Source of the DNA: a virus
UHGV virus genome: UHGV-0187710
DNA: 40,954 bases
Direction: 5' to 3' (one strand)
Shown here: positions 1-8,919 of the stretch, one piece after another
Numbering within the stretch: position 1 is the first letter of the stretch
Layout of the letters: every line of letters begins with the position of its first letter
Program-made: the position numbers and the translations under genes
The notes under the pieces: model-generated
The model's database searches: none
What the model was told of the DNA's origin: nothing
What the model saw: only the letters and a program-made list of their open reading frames with translations

Positions 1-32
1 GAGCAAACCAGTAGCGCTCGAAGGAGAGGTGA

Positions 33-1283
33 ATGGAAAGTAAAGTAGTTGTTCCGGCACAAGGCAAGAAGATCACCCTGCAAAACGGCAAACTCAACGT
101 TCCTGAAAATCCGATTATCCCTTACATTGAAGGTGATGGAATCGGTGTAGATGTAACCCCAGCCATGCTGAAAGTGGTCGACGCTGCAGTCGAGAAAGCC
201 TATAAAGGCGAGCGTAAAATCTCCTGGATGGAAATTTACACCGGTGAAAAATCCACACAGGTTTACGGTCAGGATGTCTGGCTGCCTGCTGAAACCCTTG
301 ATCTGATTCGTGAATATCGCGTTGCCATTAAAGGCCCTCTGACCACTCCGGTTGGTGGCGGTATTCGTTCTCTGAACGTTGCCCTGCGCCAGGAACTGGA
401 TCTCTACATCTGCCTGCGTCCGGTACGTTACTATCAGGGCACCCCAAGCCCGGTTAAACACCCTGAACTGACCGATATGGTTATCTTCCGTGAAAACTCG
501 GAAGACATTTATGCGGGTATCGAATGGAAAGCAGACTCTGCCGACGCTGAGAAAGTGATTAAATTCCTGCGTGAAGAGATGGGCGTGAAGAAAATTCGCT
601 TCCCGGAACATTGCGGCATCGGTATTAAGCCGTGTTCTGAAGAAGGTACCAAACGTCTGGTTCGTGCAGCGATCGAATACGCAATTGCTAACGATCGTGA
701 CTCTGTGACCCTGGTGCACAAAGGCAACATCATGAAGTTCACCGAAGGCGCGTTTAAAGACTGGGGCTACCAGCTGGCGCGTGAAGAGTTTGGCGGTGAA
801 CTGATCGACGGCGGCCCGTGGCTGAAAGTTAAAAACCCGAATACCGGCAAAGAGATCGTCATTAAAGATGTGATTGCTGATGCATTCCTGCAACAGATCC
901 TGCTGCGTCCGGCTGAATATGATGTTATCGCCTGTATGAACCTGAACGGTGACTACATTTCTGACGCTCTGGCTGCACAGGTCGGCGGTATCGGTATCGC
1001 CCCAGGCGCAAACATCGGTGACGAATGCGCCCTGTTTGAAGCCACCCACGGTACTGCGCCGAAATATGCCGGTCAGGACAAAGTAAACCCAGGCTCTATT
1101 ATTCTCTCCGCTGAGATGATGTTACGCCATATGGGTTGGACTGAAGCGGCTGACCTGATTGTTAAAGGTATGGAAGGCGCAATCAATGCCAAGACCGTAA
1201 CCTATGACTTCGAACGTCTGATGGAAGGCGCTAAACTGCTGAAATGTTCAGAATTTGGTGACGCGATCATCGAAAACATGTAA
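33..1283 (+). CDS. icd: NADP-dependent isocitrate dehydrogenase; the 3' end is the known lambdoid integration target, so the last part may be phage-supplied
   Basis: 416-aa ORF whose full-length sequence is recognisable as enterobacterial Icd (ends ...[16 protein letters not shown]); GC-balanced host-like composition; followed by a hairpin terminator. Confidence 0.97.
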   Translation: MESKVVVPAQGKKITLQNGKLNVPENPIIPYIEGDGIGVDVTPAMLKVVDAAVEKAYKGERKISWMEIYTGEKSTQVYGQDVWLPAETLDLIREYRVAIKGPLTTPVGGGIRSLNVALRQELDLYICLRPVRYYQGTPSPVKHPELTDMVIFRENSEDIYAGIEWKADSADAEKVIKFLREEMGVKKIRFPEHCGIGIKPCSEEGTKRLVRAAIEYAIANDRDSVTLVHKGNIMKFTEGAFKDWGYQLAREEFGGELIDGGPWLKVKNPNTGKEIVIKDVIADAFLQQILLRPAEYDVIACMNLNGDYISDALAAQVGGIGIAPGANIGDECALFEATHGTAPKYAGQDKVNPGSIILSAEMMLRHMGWTEAADLIVKGMEGAINAKTVTYDFERLMEGAKLLKCSEFGDAIIENM

Positions 1284-1307
1284 TGTAGGAATTTGTTAAA
1301 ATCATTA

Positions 1308-1339
1308 ACGGGGGCGTAACGCTCCCGTTGTTTTTTGTT
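1308..1339 (+). terminator. rho-independent terminator downstream of icd
   Basis: 8-bp GC-rich stem (acgggggc / gctcccgt, one G-U pair) with short loop, followed by tgttttttgtt, 25 nt after the icd stop. Confidence 0.6.
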
Positions 1340-1395
1340 AGGCTGCTAACGGTTATCAAAACTTTATCAAAATAAGTTATCAAAACGAGGTTGAA

Positions 1396-2013
1396 GTGAA
1401 ACGCATAAGGATAAAGAAACCAAGATGGATTTTTGTTATTTTATTTTTTGTATTTTTAGGTATTCCATTATTTATTGATGGTATCAAGTATACTGATTAC
1501 GCTTCAGAGAATTTGCTGCCTGAATTTACTGGTGTAATACTTGAGTTTGTAATCATTCTTTATGTTATTGATTATATTCAAAAGAAAAATGAGCGTGATA
1601 ATAAAATAAAAGCAGAAAAACGTTTGCGTGAAATGTTTATTTTTTTCTTTAATAAACTGAATGACCACGTTCCTGAAAATTGCAGGATCGGATCTTTTTA
1701 CGGGCGAGAGCATGATAAAAATAAGCGTCAAATGTCATTAATGAAAGCCCATATAGAAAAACATGGGCTAGATGAAAAGGCAATAAGAGAAATTCGTATT
1801 CATTGCAAAGGTGATATTGATTTATTCAATAGTTTTATTCCAGTTGTTGCTACATTAGAAGAGCAGCATTTAAAAGCATGGACGAGAATTTCATATTACA
1901 TGAATGCAATAATTACGGAAAGAGAAACTGTACAATTTTCCGTTATAAAAATCATTGATAAAATACAGACATTTGATGATGCATCCTATAATAATAAACT
2001 GATAGTAGATTAA
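1396..2013 (+). CDS. hypothetical membrane-anchored protein, AT-rich cargo gene between icd and int
   Basis: 205-aa ORF with GTG start preceded by GAGG; hydrophobic N-terminal segment (WIFVILFFVFLGIPLF); visibly AT-rich relative to flanking genes; no recognisable motif. Confidence 0.55.
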   Translation: MKRIRIKKPRWIFVILFFVFLGIPLFIDGIKYTDYASENLLPEFTGVILEFVIILYVIDYIQKKNERDNKIKAEKRLREMFIFFFNKLNDHVPENCRIGSFYGREHDKNKRQMSLMKAHIEKHGLDEKAIREIRIHCKGDIDLFNSFIPVVATLEEQHLKAWTRISYYMNAIITERETVQFSVIKIIDKIQTFDDASYNNKLIVD

Positions 2014-3137
2014 GAGGGTATTTTTTGCCATTCTTTACCTCTGTCATCATGATATTTATCTGTTTGATGCTGGGTTTTATGACCCAGCAATTTTTGTGTA
2101 TCAATTCCCTGGTCTTTGTAAAGACGTTCAGACAATGATCTTTGCTCATGGAATGTAGCGGGTGTTCCATCTCCCCATTTAATACAAGCCTTATCCCTCG
2201 CCTTACTGAAATTCATCGTTAATGTGTTCGATTTAACTTGTGCGCCTCGTTTAGCCTGTGATGTAGCTCGGAAAAAGTGAATCAGATAGGGGCTAACTGC
2301 ATAATCTCGACAGCGCGCAACGACGTCACGTAAACTCCAGTTAATCGCATTGAGGCGAAGAGAAAGAGGTATAGCAATTTTGCTGCCGGTTTTTTCCTGT
2401 TCGATATGCAGATGATCATCCCAGATATCGCTAAATTTCATTTTGGATATGTCACCAAGACGTTGCCCAGTCACAAGGGCAAGCAGCATTGCATTTCCCA
2501 TATATTGATGTTTCTTATCTGCGATATCGAAAATCTTCAGCCACTCTTCGAGACTAAGTCGTTGTCTGGTAATCTTGCGCCTGGGCTGTTTAGTAGCAAG
2601 GGCAGGGTTGTGACCAGGCGGCACTTCACCGTAGTGTTGGGCCTCTTTGAAAACATCGATCAGTACTGAACGAACAACTTGTGCCATTCTTGGTTGACCT
2701 GCAGATAGATACTCTTCAAGAATTTGAGCAATATCCCTGACATCAACAGAAGATATGAGCTTCATTCCCGCACGTTCCTTAAGAAGTGCAACTGGCTTGG
2801 CTTTTTGTTTATACGTATTCTCCTTGATATCACCTGAAGCGAATCTTTCCTCCTGAATTTTCCAGTACCGCTCAAGCCAGGTAACAGTGGTAATTGACTT
2901 ACCCTTGCCGGTAGCAATTCGATCGCTTATAGCCAGTACCTGTCTTGAACGCTGCTCAGCAAGTCTTGCGTTTGCCTCAGTAGCAATTGCTTTAGCCTCA
3001 ACTTCATCAGTACCTAGGCTGTGAAATTTCCCCGTTACAGGATGCTTGTACCTCCAATACACTTTATTGACCTTACGACTGTATAGTGGATAGAGGTTAG
3101 GTATTGATACATTATTTTTACGTGGTCTCGCAGCCAT
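2010..3137 (-). CDS. int: tyrosine-recombinase integrase, lambda Int family
   Basis: N-terminus MAARPRKNNVSIPNLYP and C-terminus FHEQRSLSERLY...LLGHKTQHQTDKYHDDRGKEWQKI resemble lambda Int as recalled; start taken at the internal Met at 3137 (the track ORF extends to 3215); overlaps the xis 3' end as in lambda. Confidence 0.93.
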   Translation of the reverse strand: MAARPRKNNVSIPNLYPLYSRKVNKVYWRYKHPVTGKFHSLGTDEVEAKAIATEANARLAEQRSRQVLAISDRIATGKGKSITTVTWLERYWKIQEERFASGDIKENTYKQKAKPVALLKERAGMKLISSVDVRDIAQILEEYLSAGQPRMAQVVRSVLIDVFKEAQHYGEVPPGHNPALATKQPRRKITRQRLSLEEWLKIFDIADKKHQYMGNAMLLALVTGQRLGDISKMKFSDIWDDHLHIEQEKTGSKIAIPLSLRLNAINWSLRDVVARCRDYAVSPYLIHFFRATSQAKRGAQVKSNTLTMNFSKARDKACIKWGDGTPATFHEQRSLSERLYKDQGIDTQKLLGHKTQHQTDKYHDDRGKEWQKIPS

Positions 3138-3363
3138 CGCTGAGGATCCTTTGCAATTTTGGTGAATCAGATTTCTTGATAACCGGCGCAGCAAGTTCTC
3201 CAACCAATTCCGCATCCTCCCTAACTCTCCAGAGCCTACCTTGCTTCATTGCTGGTGGAGAAAAGAGATTTTGCTTAGCGTAACGGCGCAATGTCGAGAC
3301 GCTAGGTGGATTACTTCTGTATTTATCGGTTGCCCATTCTTCAAGAGTTAACATCTGAATCAT
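3118..3363 (-). CDS. xis: excisionase (Xis-like)
   Basis: 81-aa ORF directly upstream of and overlapping int; N-terminal LTLEEWA...PPAMKQGRLW resembles lambda Xis as recalled; GGAG 8 nt upstream of the ATG. Confidence 0.75.
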   Translation of the reverse strand: MIQMLTLEEWATDKYRSNPPSVSTLRRYAKQNLFSPPAMKQGRLWRVREDAELVGELAAPVIKKSDSPKLQRILSDGCETT

Positions 3364-3408
3364 GCGTTATTCTCCATTTAATAACCCGGCTGCACCCGGC
3401 ATACGTCA

Positions 3409-3711
3409 TTATAAATTATCGCTGGTTAGCTTTGGTGGAACAGCATAGAGAGGCCCAGGTGAGACATCAAAACGGCGCCAGCGTATATTACAGGTTCTCT
3501 CTTCACCTTTTTTGTGCCAGGCAACGACATCTGCCACTGGCTCGGCGTTCCTACCTGCCAACACCTCATCTACTACCTTCAACATATCCGCGAGAATGTA
3601 AGCTCTGTTCCCGCCGTTTGAGTACTGGGTATCATGCAGTAGGTGTTCACGTATCTGGTGTAGGCGATCGAGTGATACAGAACCGTTCGCCGGGTGGTTG
3701 TTAGTTGTCAT
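3409..3711 (-). CDS. hypothetical phage early protein
   Basis: 100-aa ORF in the leftward early block, 4-bp overlap with the upstream gene. Confidence 0.6.
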   Translation of the reverse strand: MTTNNHPANGSVSLDRLHQIREHLLHDTQYSNGGNRAYILADMLKVVDEVLAGRNAEPVADVVAWHKKGEERTCNIRWRRFDVSPGPLYAVPPKLTSDNL

Positions 3712-4037
3712 GCTGCCCCCCTACGTTGATGGCCCAGTGCGTGACGCGCTTCTATCGGGTCCTCTTCTTCGTATTCACCATTGACGCTTTTCACCATCGC
3801 CACGCAGCATTCGTTGCAGCACCGATAGGACATAAGTTCGCCGTCGAATTTCCACGCCGTACTACGGTGAATTTCATCCTTTAAAATTACGCCAGCGCAA
3901 ATGTGGCATTTGTATTCACCTCGAGAGGTAACGATTTTGTTCGATAGTTCTGTATCGCATGGCGTACCGAAATCACCTTCGAAAAGATCAAAGTCCAGTG
4001 CGTCGTCTAAATCCTGTTTGTTGAGTGAGTTAGTCAT
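3708..4037 (-). CDS. hypothetical Cys-rich (putative zinc-binding) protein
   Basis: ORF with CxxC ... CCxxCC pattern (CHIC ... CCNECC); start chosen at the internal ATG 4037; 8-nt overlap with the upstream gene stop. Confidence 0.55.
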   Translation of the reverse strand: MTNSLNKQDLDDALDFDLFEGDFGTPCDTELSNKIVTSRGEYKCHICAGVILKDEIHRSTAWKFDGELMSYRCCNECCVAMVKSVNGEYEEEDPIEARHALGHQRRGAA

Positions 4038-4374
4038 TCCAGGCCTCCAGCTCATTCTGAATCTCTTCGTCGATTTCGTCATTGGTGGCGTCTTCGTTCA
4101 GATAGGCGTGCGCCTCTTTGAAATACTTGTCGCGGCGTTCGTCATACCAGGCAGAGAACTCAGGCGACCAGGCATGGGTATGTCCGAAAAAATCGACTCT
4201 GGCGTTATCTTCTGCGAGACGCTCAACCATGCAGTAAGCTGTGATCAAACCGCATTCACGGATGTACCCACGCAGGTCGCGCTTGCGCCAGTACGGGCTA
4301 TATTTCGAGTCGCAGCGGCTTTTAAATTCGACAGTCCAGCGACGGATGCAACGTGCGTTCAGTGATTTACTCAT
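4030..4374 (-). CDS. hypothetical phage early protein
   Basis: 114-aa ORF, acidic C-terminus, tightly packed in the leftward operon. Confidence 0.6.
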   Translation of the reverse strand: MSKSLNARCIRRWTVEFKSRCDSKYSPYWRKRDLRGYIRECGLITAYCMVERLAEDNARVDFFGHTHAWSPEFSAWYDERRDKYFKEAHAYLNEDATNDEIDEEIQNELEAWND

Positions 4375-4625
4375 TGAGTTGCTCCCTGTCTGGCTCTATT
4401 CAATAACTGGTTAAACATCATGGTTAGGCTGTTACTGCACCCAAATGGCATATCGTTAACACGGTATGTTGGAATGCCCTTGCGAACACCTGACTTCACG
4501 ATCCGGCCGGTGCCATAGAGTTGCGATAATGCGCCAGCGACCGCGGGTGTCTTTTTGTTCATACCTTTGGCGATTTCACCGCTGGTGGTATTCGGATGAG
4601 CCTGGAGATATTCAAATACGGTCAT
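4371..4625 (-). CDS. small putative DNA-binding protein (winged-helix-like)
   Basis: 84-aa ORF; the start ATG overlaps the upstream stop (ATGA). Confidence 0.6.
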   Translation of the reverse strand: MTVFEYLQAHPNTTSGEIAKGMNKKTPAVAGALSQLYGTGRIVKSGVRKGIPTYRVNDMPFGCSNSLTMMFNQLLNRARQGATQ

Positions 4626-4789
4626 GGCGTTTTACCTTTACGTTCCTGTTCCAGTTGCACCAGAGACTCTTTTAATGCTGCGAACGTAGCGTCCAGTCTG
4701 GTGGCAACTTCGCGCATAAGCGGTGCATGCTTTGGTGGCAGTTCAGCAACGGAGGCAAAAGCCTCCGTAACGAGTTCTTTTACCTTCAT
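4622..4789 (-). CDS. small hypothetical protein (55 aa), missing from the 60-aa-minimum ORF track
   Basis: ORF MKVKELVTEAFASVAELPPKHAPLMREVATRLDATFAALKESLVQLEQERKGKTP; ATGA start/stop overlaps on both sides (coupled with the HD gene and with 4371..4625). Confidence 0.4.
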   Translation of the reverse strand: MKVKELVTEAFASVAELPPKHAPLMREVATRLDATFAALKESLVQLEQERKGKTP

Positions 4790-5325
4790 GCGGCGCATTG
4801 GCGCAGCTCCGCCAGTTCGTTAAAGCGGTTCATGAACAGGCCATAGGATTGACCTGGACGGAGAGGGATAACCTGAACGAGATCAGAGCAGGGAATACCT
4901 TCGAGAATTTCCCACTTCGAACCGTTATCGATTTCCAGATCACGGCGCTCGGTAGCTAACATGGTTAGATCGGCGTATTTCACGACGGCAGATTGCTCAA
5001 GCGGGATACCGAATTTAAAGCGGATAAGACCATCAACATAAGTTTCCATGCGCTGGTAGTCAGGCAGCAAGGCTTTGAGCGGGGCTGGAATATCCTGGCA
5101 ATATGCCTCCGCAGCGTCGTGCATCAACGCTTCAAAGGCGAACTCTGGCGGCACAATCTGGCTTACAAGCACAGAGTGCTGGGCCACGCTGTAGAACTCT
5201 GGCAGATGCCCAGCGAATCGACAGATGTTGGAAAGAGCAGTCGCGATATCCTCAACATCGATATCGTCGATTGTGGCGGTCAGGTAGTTAAATTTTTTAC
5301 CGGATAATGTCTGAATGTAGCTCAT
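4786..5325 (-). CDS. HD-domain phosphohydrolase (YfdR-like)
   Basis: H...HD...E metal-binding pattern (AQHSVLV ... ALMHDAAEAY); start at ATG 5325 with GGAG 6 nt upstream. Confidence 0.75.
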   Translation of the reverse strand: MSYIQTLSGKKFNYLTATIDDIDVEDIATALSNICRFAGHLPEFYSVAQHSVLVSQIVPPEFAFEALMHDAAEAYCQDIPAPLKALLPDYQRMETYVDGLIRFKFGIPLEQSAVVKYADLTMLATERRDLEIDNGSKWEILEGIPCSDLVQVIPLRPGQSYGLFMNRFNELAELRQCAA

Positions 5326-5417
5326 GGTTTTCTCCATATTGGCGCGCTGCACCACGCAGATTTTGGTTGCACGAATCCCTCGCCGGATGGCGATAATTAA
5401 TGGAATTACGCTTCAAT

Positions 5418-5441
5418 AAATCCCCGCGGCGCCGGGGATTT
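5418..5441. other. stem-loop between the HD and DUF2303-like genes
   Basis: perfect 9-bp inverted repeat aaatccccg / cggggattt with a 6-nt loop; no strong U-tract on either strand. Confidence 0.4.
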
Positions 5442-5453
5442 AATGCAGAGCAA

Positions 5454-6281
5454 TTAGGCTTTAAAGTTACCGATGAAAGTTTCCACTGATTCACCTTCGA
5501 ACTTGCTGATCAGCAAATCGCGGAATTCATTGGCGATAGCTTCTTCCTGGGCTTCCAGTTGTACTATGCGCAGTACAAAACGAGGTTCATCACCTGTAAG
5601 CAAACTGTTGCGTAAGCTAAAGCGGCGTTCGCCTAAACCTTCATACGGCACACATTTGAATTCGAACGTTACCGGCATTACGTCTTTGCTGCTGGCTTCA
5701 ATACTCTGCATAAGCGATTTTTTGCCGCTGAAATCGCTGTCTTCATGATCCTGCTGGGTTGCCTGCTGGATAGTGATACGACGAACGGACTGAGCGGCTT
5801 GTGAAATCTGCATCGTTCCACCTTCAGCGTCGAACGCTAAGAGGTAATCGCTCCAGTCTTCCAGCCACTCGGCGATTTGTTTTTGTTTCAGACGTTCACC
5901 GTTGATCTGGAGAAGAGCACGGAATGGTGCGGTCTGTTTTAGGGTGATGGATGCAACATTGTCCGCATGACCGGGGTTATCGAGTGTGCCAATGTTGAAT
6001 ACTGAACGGGCTGTCATATGGTCAGCGTCAATAAAGCAGCGTGCTTTTTCAGTGGCGCTGGCATAGCCTTTTGAATAACGAGCAAAATCTTCAATGCTGG
6101 TCGTGGTCATGGCACCGCGGAAGCGGAAACGCTCCAGAGAAAAACGCTCGAGGCTTTCAATGCCGGTACCCTCTGGCAGTAATGCGGTCGGGCAAGCCAG
6201 GCCATGAATATCATTCAGGTGGTAGCCAGAAAGGACCAGGTCTTTTACCTGCTGAAATGTACCGCTGTCTAACTGGGACAT
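5454..6281 (-). CDS. DUF2303 / YfdQ-like phage protein
   Basis: 275-aa ORF; length, position and sequence character fit the YfdQ-type family that sits next to YfdR-like HD proteins in P22/lambdoid prophages (from memory, unverified). Confidence 0.7.
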   Translation of the reverse strand: MSQLDSGTFQQVKDLVLSGYHLNDIHGLACPTALLPEGTGIESLERFSLERFRFRGAMTTTSIEDFARYSKGYASATEKARCFIDADHMTARSVFNIGTLDNPGHADNVASITLKQTAPFRALLQINGERLKQKQIAEWLEDWSDYLLAFDAEGGTMQISQAAQSVRRITIQQATQQDHEDSDFSGKKSLMQSIEASSKDVMPVTFEFKCVPYEGLGERRFSLRNSLLTGDEPRFVLRIVQLEAQEEAIANEFRDLLISKFEGESVETFIGNFKA

Positions 6282-6337
6282 ATAAATTCCTTATTAACTG
6301 ATGATCGAAGAGGTATCAGTGAATTTTTTGTTGCGGA

Positions 6338-6709
6338 TCACTGAGCCGCTTTAAGCTTTCCGTCCACCGCGCCGGTGATGCCGAAGAGTTGCCCCTGATC
6401 CTCCTGGAGGATGGTGAGCTTCCCGCCTTTGTTGACCCACATTGGTGTTTCGGTGGTGTCTTCTTCAGAGACTTTGCCGCGCGGCGTTGGTGTGCTGTAT
6501 TTCAGCTTGTGCTTGATCTTGACGCGTTTCTCTTCGACAGAGTTACCCATGCGCTCAAAATCAAAGGTGAGAACTACCTGGCCTTTGTTACCGTTGTTCA
6601 GAACGCCGAGCGCAGTGGTATTAAGCGCTCCTGCTATTTTGTTCATGAACACTCCGGCATCCAGTTCGCTCAGAAAGTCGGGTACTACGGTCGTGCGGTC
6701 ATTACTCAT
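6338..6709 (-). CDS. hypothetical phage early protein, first gene of the leftward block
   Basis: start taken at internal ATG 6709 (MSNDRTTVVPDFLSELD...); the longer track ORF to 6796 begins with an implausible Cys/Trp-rich extension. Confidence 0.6.
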   Translation of the reverse strand: MSNDRTTVVPDFLSELDAGVFMNKIAGALNTTALGVLNNGNKGQVVLTFDFERMGNSVEEKRVKIKHKLKYSTPTPRGKVSEEDTTETPMWVNKGGKLTILQEDQGQLFGITGAVDGKLKAAQ

Positions 6710-7523
6710 GGTTTTACCCTCGTTAAGGCGGCTGCCACCGCCGTGTTTTCTCCATACACAACAGAGAAGGGCACCTGCAATTGTTGGCGACTGCAATCGC
6801 TATCCTCTTGCCCGGGTGGATTGGGTTATGAGCCCGTCACACGGTGATACCCTTTTCTGTTGCGTAAAAAGGGCGGTACCGAGGTAGAACATTATCTTCG
6901 TCCCCCTTGCATAAGGTTGAAGACCCTGGTACCGCCAAGACTACACACAGCAATACTGGAACTACGGTTATCACGGTCCTAAGCGTGATTTGGTTGTGGT
7001 GGCCGGTACTACGATATTCCGGCATGGGTTGATTATCAGTGACGCACCCTTTCGGGACACTACCTCACGGTTTAGCGCATCAGCCTGCGCATTCACCACA
7101 ACGAAGAGAGCACTGCCGGTGTTCGAATCGAACGAACCTTTTCCCTGCCCAACCCTCCCAACTGAATGGGACTGTCTGGAATCGAACCAGCACTTATGCC
7201 TTGCTCGTCAATGCTCTCGTCGTTGTGCCCTGAAAAAGGCTGGCGGTGACCGGACAAGTGGGAAAACACCGGGCCGCCAGAACAGGGAAGTACTTGTTAT
7301 TGCTTTGGCCTGCTTTTAACCACATCAGGCGCGGTGGTAAGCCATTTGCGAATCATCCGGTTATTCATATGCCACCGGCGGCTACTTCGTGGGCGTCCTG
7401 CCTGTTCGCTGTTGATGAGTTGAATATACTTGTGAGTAATTTTTGTGTAAATACCTTTTGGTATATTTTTATTTACTTTTATAGCAACTAATTGCTTTTA
7501 ATTGGATTTTAATTAAGCAGGTG

Positions 7524-7759
7524 ATGGGTGTTATGCTCAAAAAAACACCAGGTGGCTTGGTATAGAACGTGATGAACTGGAAGAAGACCGTGCGGCATTC
7601 ATCGCTGGTGAAATTGGCGGTGCAGTTTTCGAGTTGATAATCAACGGTGTGGTGATAAGTCGAGATGCGATTGTACATAGCTTGGAGACTAAGCGTCGCG
7701 CGGTTGGAAATGTGATTCACAAAGGAGTGTTGCGGGATGCTGCTATGGTGAGAAAATAA
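7524..7759 (+). pseudogene. small cargo ORF next to cI, interrupted at an A7 homopolymer (needs -1 slippage or one extra A); function unknown
   Basis: ATG 7524/7533 opens a 13-codon frame that stops at 7563; the -1 frame is open from 7517 to the TAA at 7757 and reads as plausible protein (ELEEDRAAFIAGEIGGAVFELIINGVVISRDAIVHSLETKRRAVGNVIHKGVLRDAAMVRK); A7 run at 7539..7545; a terminator follows the stop. Confidence 0.3.
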
Positions 7760-7760
7760 T

Positions 7761-7790
7761 ATTTAACCCGGCGCTTGCGCCGGGTTAAAT
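7761..7790. terminator. bidirectional rho-independent terminator shared by the small plus-strand ORF and cI
   Basis: perfect 14-bp inverted repeat atttaacccggcgc / gcgccgggttaaat around a 2-nt centre, T-rich on the plus side (gttattttct) and A-rich upstream (T-rich on the minus strand). Confidence 0.6.
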
Positions 7791-7838
7791 GTTATTTTCT
7801 AGAAGATGTTAAGTCTGTTTCAAATTCTAACACCAAAA

Positions 7839-8549
7839 TTACAATTTGTTGTAAGCTATTGATTCGTGTAGTAATGCTTTACCCATAATGTACAATTGAT
7901 CCTGGTTTTCTTCTGTTATGTACCAGTCTTTGTACACCGGGTTATCGGATAAAACTGCAAGTTGCAAGCCCTGCATCTGCAAGCGCTTCACATGGAAGTG
8001 CTGTCCGAATACAAACGCATAAACACCATCAACCTTGAAGTTTCTTACCGAAACATCAAAAAACAACCTGTCTCCAGACTGTATAGTTGGACACATGCTG
8101 TCGCCATCGACAGTCATCACTTTTACGTCTTCCTGAGAACGATTTCCGAAAAGTGAACGAGCGTGCTCGGTGGTGAATTCAATGGCGTGTAGAACCTCAA
8201 CAAATTCAGAGAGCATAAAACATCCAGGACCAGCACTCACAGTAAGGTCGAGAACTTCTACACGATAATTGTCGGCTTTGTGAGTGGGTACATCAACATC
8301 CATTTTTGAAGTTGGACTAAGACCATCCATCCATCCCCGGCTGATTTTCAAAGCATCCTCGATCTGCCGAGCAGCCTGCTCCCCAATATTCCGCTTATTA
8401 GGTTTACCAGCAGGGTAAAGCATCCGAGAAACAACAGTCGGATCAAGTCCTGCCTTTTCAGCAAACTCTCTTTGGGTCTTAAAGCGAGTTACTAACTCCT
8501 GAAGTTTGAGGCGTCGTAACTCGAAGATCTTAGGCGTTTCCGTTTTCAT
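7839..8549 (-). CDS. cI: CI-type prophage repressor (HTH N-terminus, LexA/S24 autocleavage C-terminus)
   Basis: N-terminal HTH-like region (FAEKAGLDPTVVSRML); Ala-Gly cleavage site (VSAGPG), Ser motif GDSM and Lys in HVKRL; divergent from a cro-like gene. Confidence 0.9.
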   Translation of the reverse strand: MKTETPKIFELRRLKLQELVTRFKTQREFAEKAGLDPTVVSRMLYPAGKPNKRNIGEQAARQIEDALKISRGWMDGLSPTSKMDVDVPTHKADNYRVEVLDLTVSAGPGCFMLSEFVEVLHAIEFTTEHARSLFGNRSQEDVKVMTVDGDSMCPTIQSGDRLFFDVSVRNFKVDGVYAFVFGQHFHVKRLQMQGLQLAVLSDNPVYKDWYITEENQDQLYIMGKALLHESIAYNKL

Positions 8550-8648
8550 AATTTCATCTTACTTAAATCTACCTTGAGGTAAATGACTTGTGGGTATTGA
8601 CTTGTGTTTACTTGGGGGTATATTTGCTTTTTAAGCACAGGAGGCGTG
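8550..8648. promoter_or_regulatory. cI/cro intergenic switch region with putative rightward promoter and operator-like repeats
   Basis: TTGACT (8597..8602), 16 nt, TATATT (8619..8624), then AGGAGG and the cro ATG; direct repeats TGACTTGTG at 8584..8592 and 8598..8606; imperfect 18-bp palindrome ATCTACCTTGAGGTAAAT at 8567..8584. Confidence 0.5.
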
Positions 8649-8891
8649 ATGGAAACGTTAAGAAATTACCTAAACGCTTTGTCGCTCGAAAAACAGAGAG
8701 AGTTTGCATCACGATGCGAAACCTCTCTTGAGTACTTGCGTAAAGCCATAAGCAAAAAACAAAAGTTGGGAGCTGCTCTATCTGTTTCTATCGAAACGCA
8801 TTCGGGCGGCTCAGTTAGCAGGAAAAACCTCCACCCAGATGATTGGGAAAAGATTTGGCCTGAACTTGATCATAAAAAAACAGCAGCATGA
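8649..8891 (+). CDS. cro: Cro-like / YdaS-family small DNA-binding regulator
   Basis: 80-aa product from ATG 8649 with AGGAGG 5 nt upstream; C-terminal HSGGSVSRKNLHPDDW resembles the YdaS/Cro family as recalled; divergent from cI. Confidence 0.75.
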   Translation: METLRNYLNALSLEKQREFASRCETSLEYLRKAISKKQKLGAALSVSIETHSGGSVSRKNLHPDDWEKIWPELDHKKTAA

Positions 8892-8919
8892 AAGTAACCA
8901 CAGAAGAGAGGAGTTAACC

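Noticed and set aside
6835-6851. TATCACCG-like motif (minus strand) resembling a lambda operator half-site
   Set aside because: The repressor here is not lambda CI and the cI/cro operator region uses different repeats; a single half-site occurrence is most likely coincidental.
7117-7193. tRNA-like T-arm motifs on the minus strand (GTTCG-TTCGATT-CGAAC and CTGG-TTCGATT-CCAG)
   Set aside because: No matching acceptor stem, D-arm, anticodon arm or CCA end could be assembled around either motif; treated as hairpins within the structured non-coding region.
6990-7319. 109-aa plus-strand ORF in the non-coding region left of cI
   Set aside because: Translation is Cys/Thr/Arg/Pro-rich with no start context or neighbouring coupling; more likely a chance open frame.
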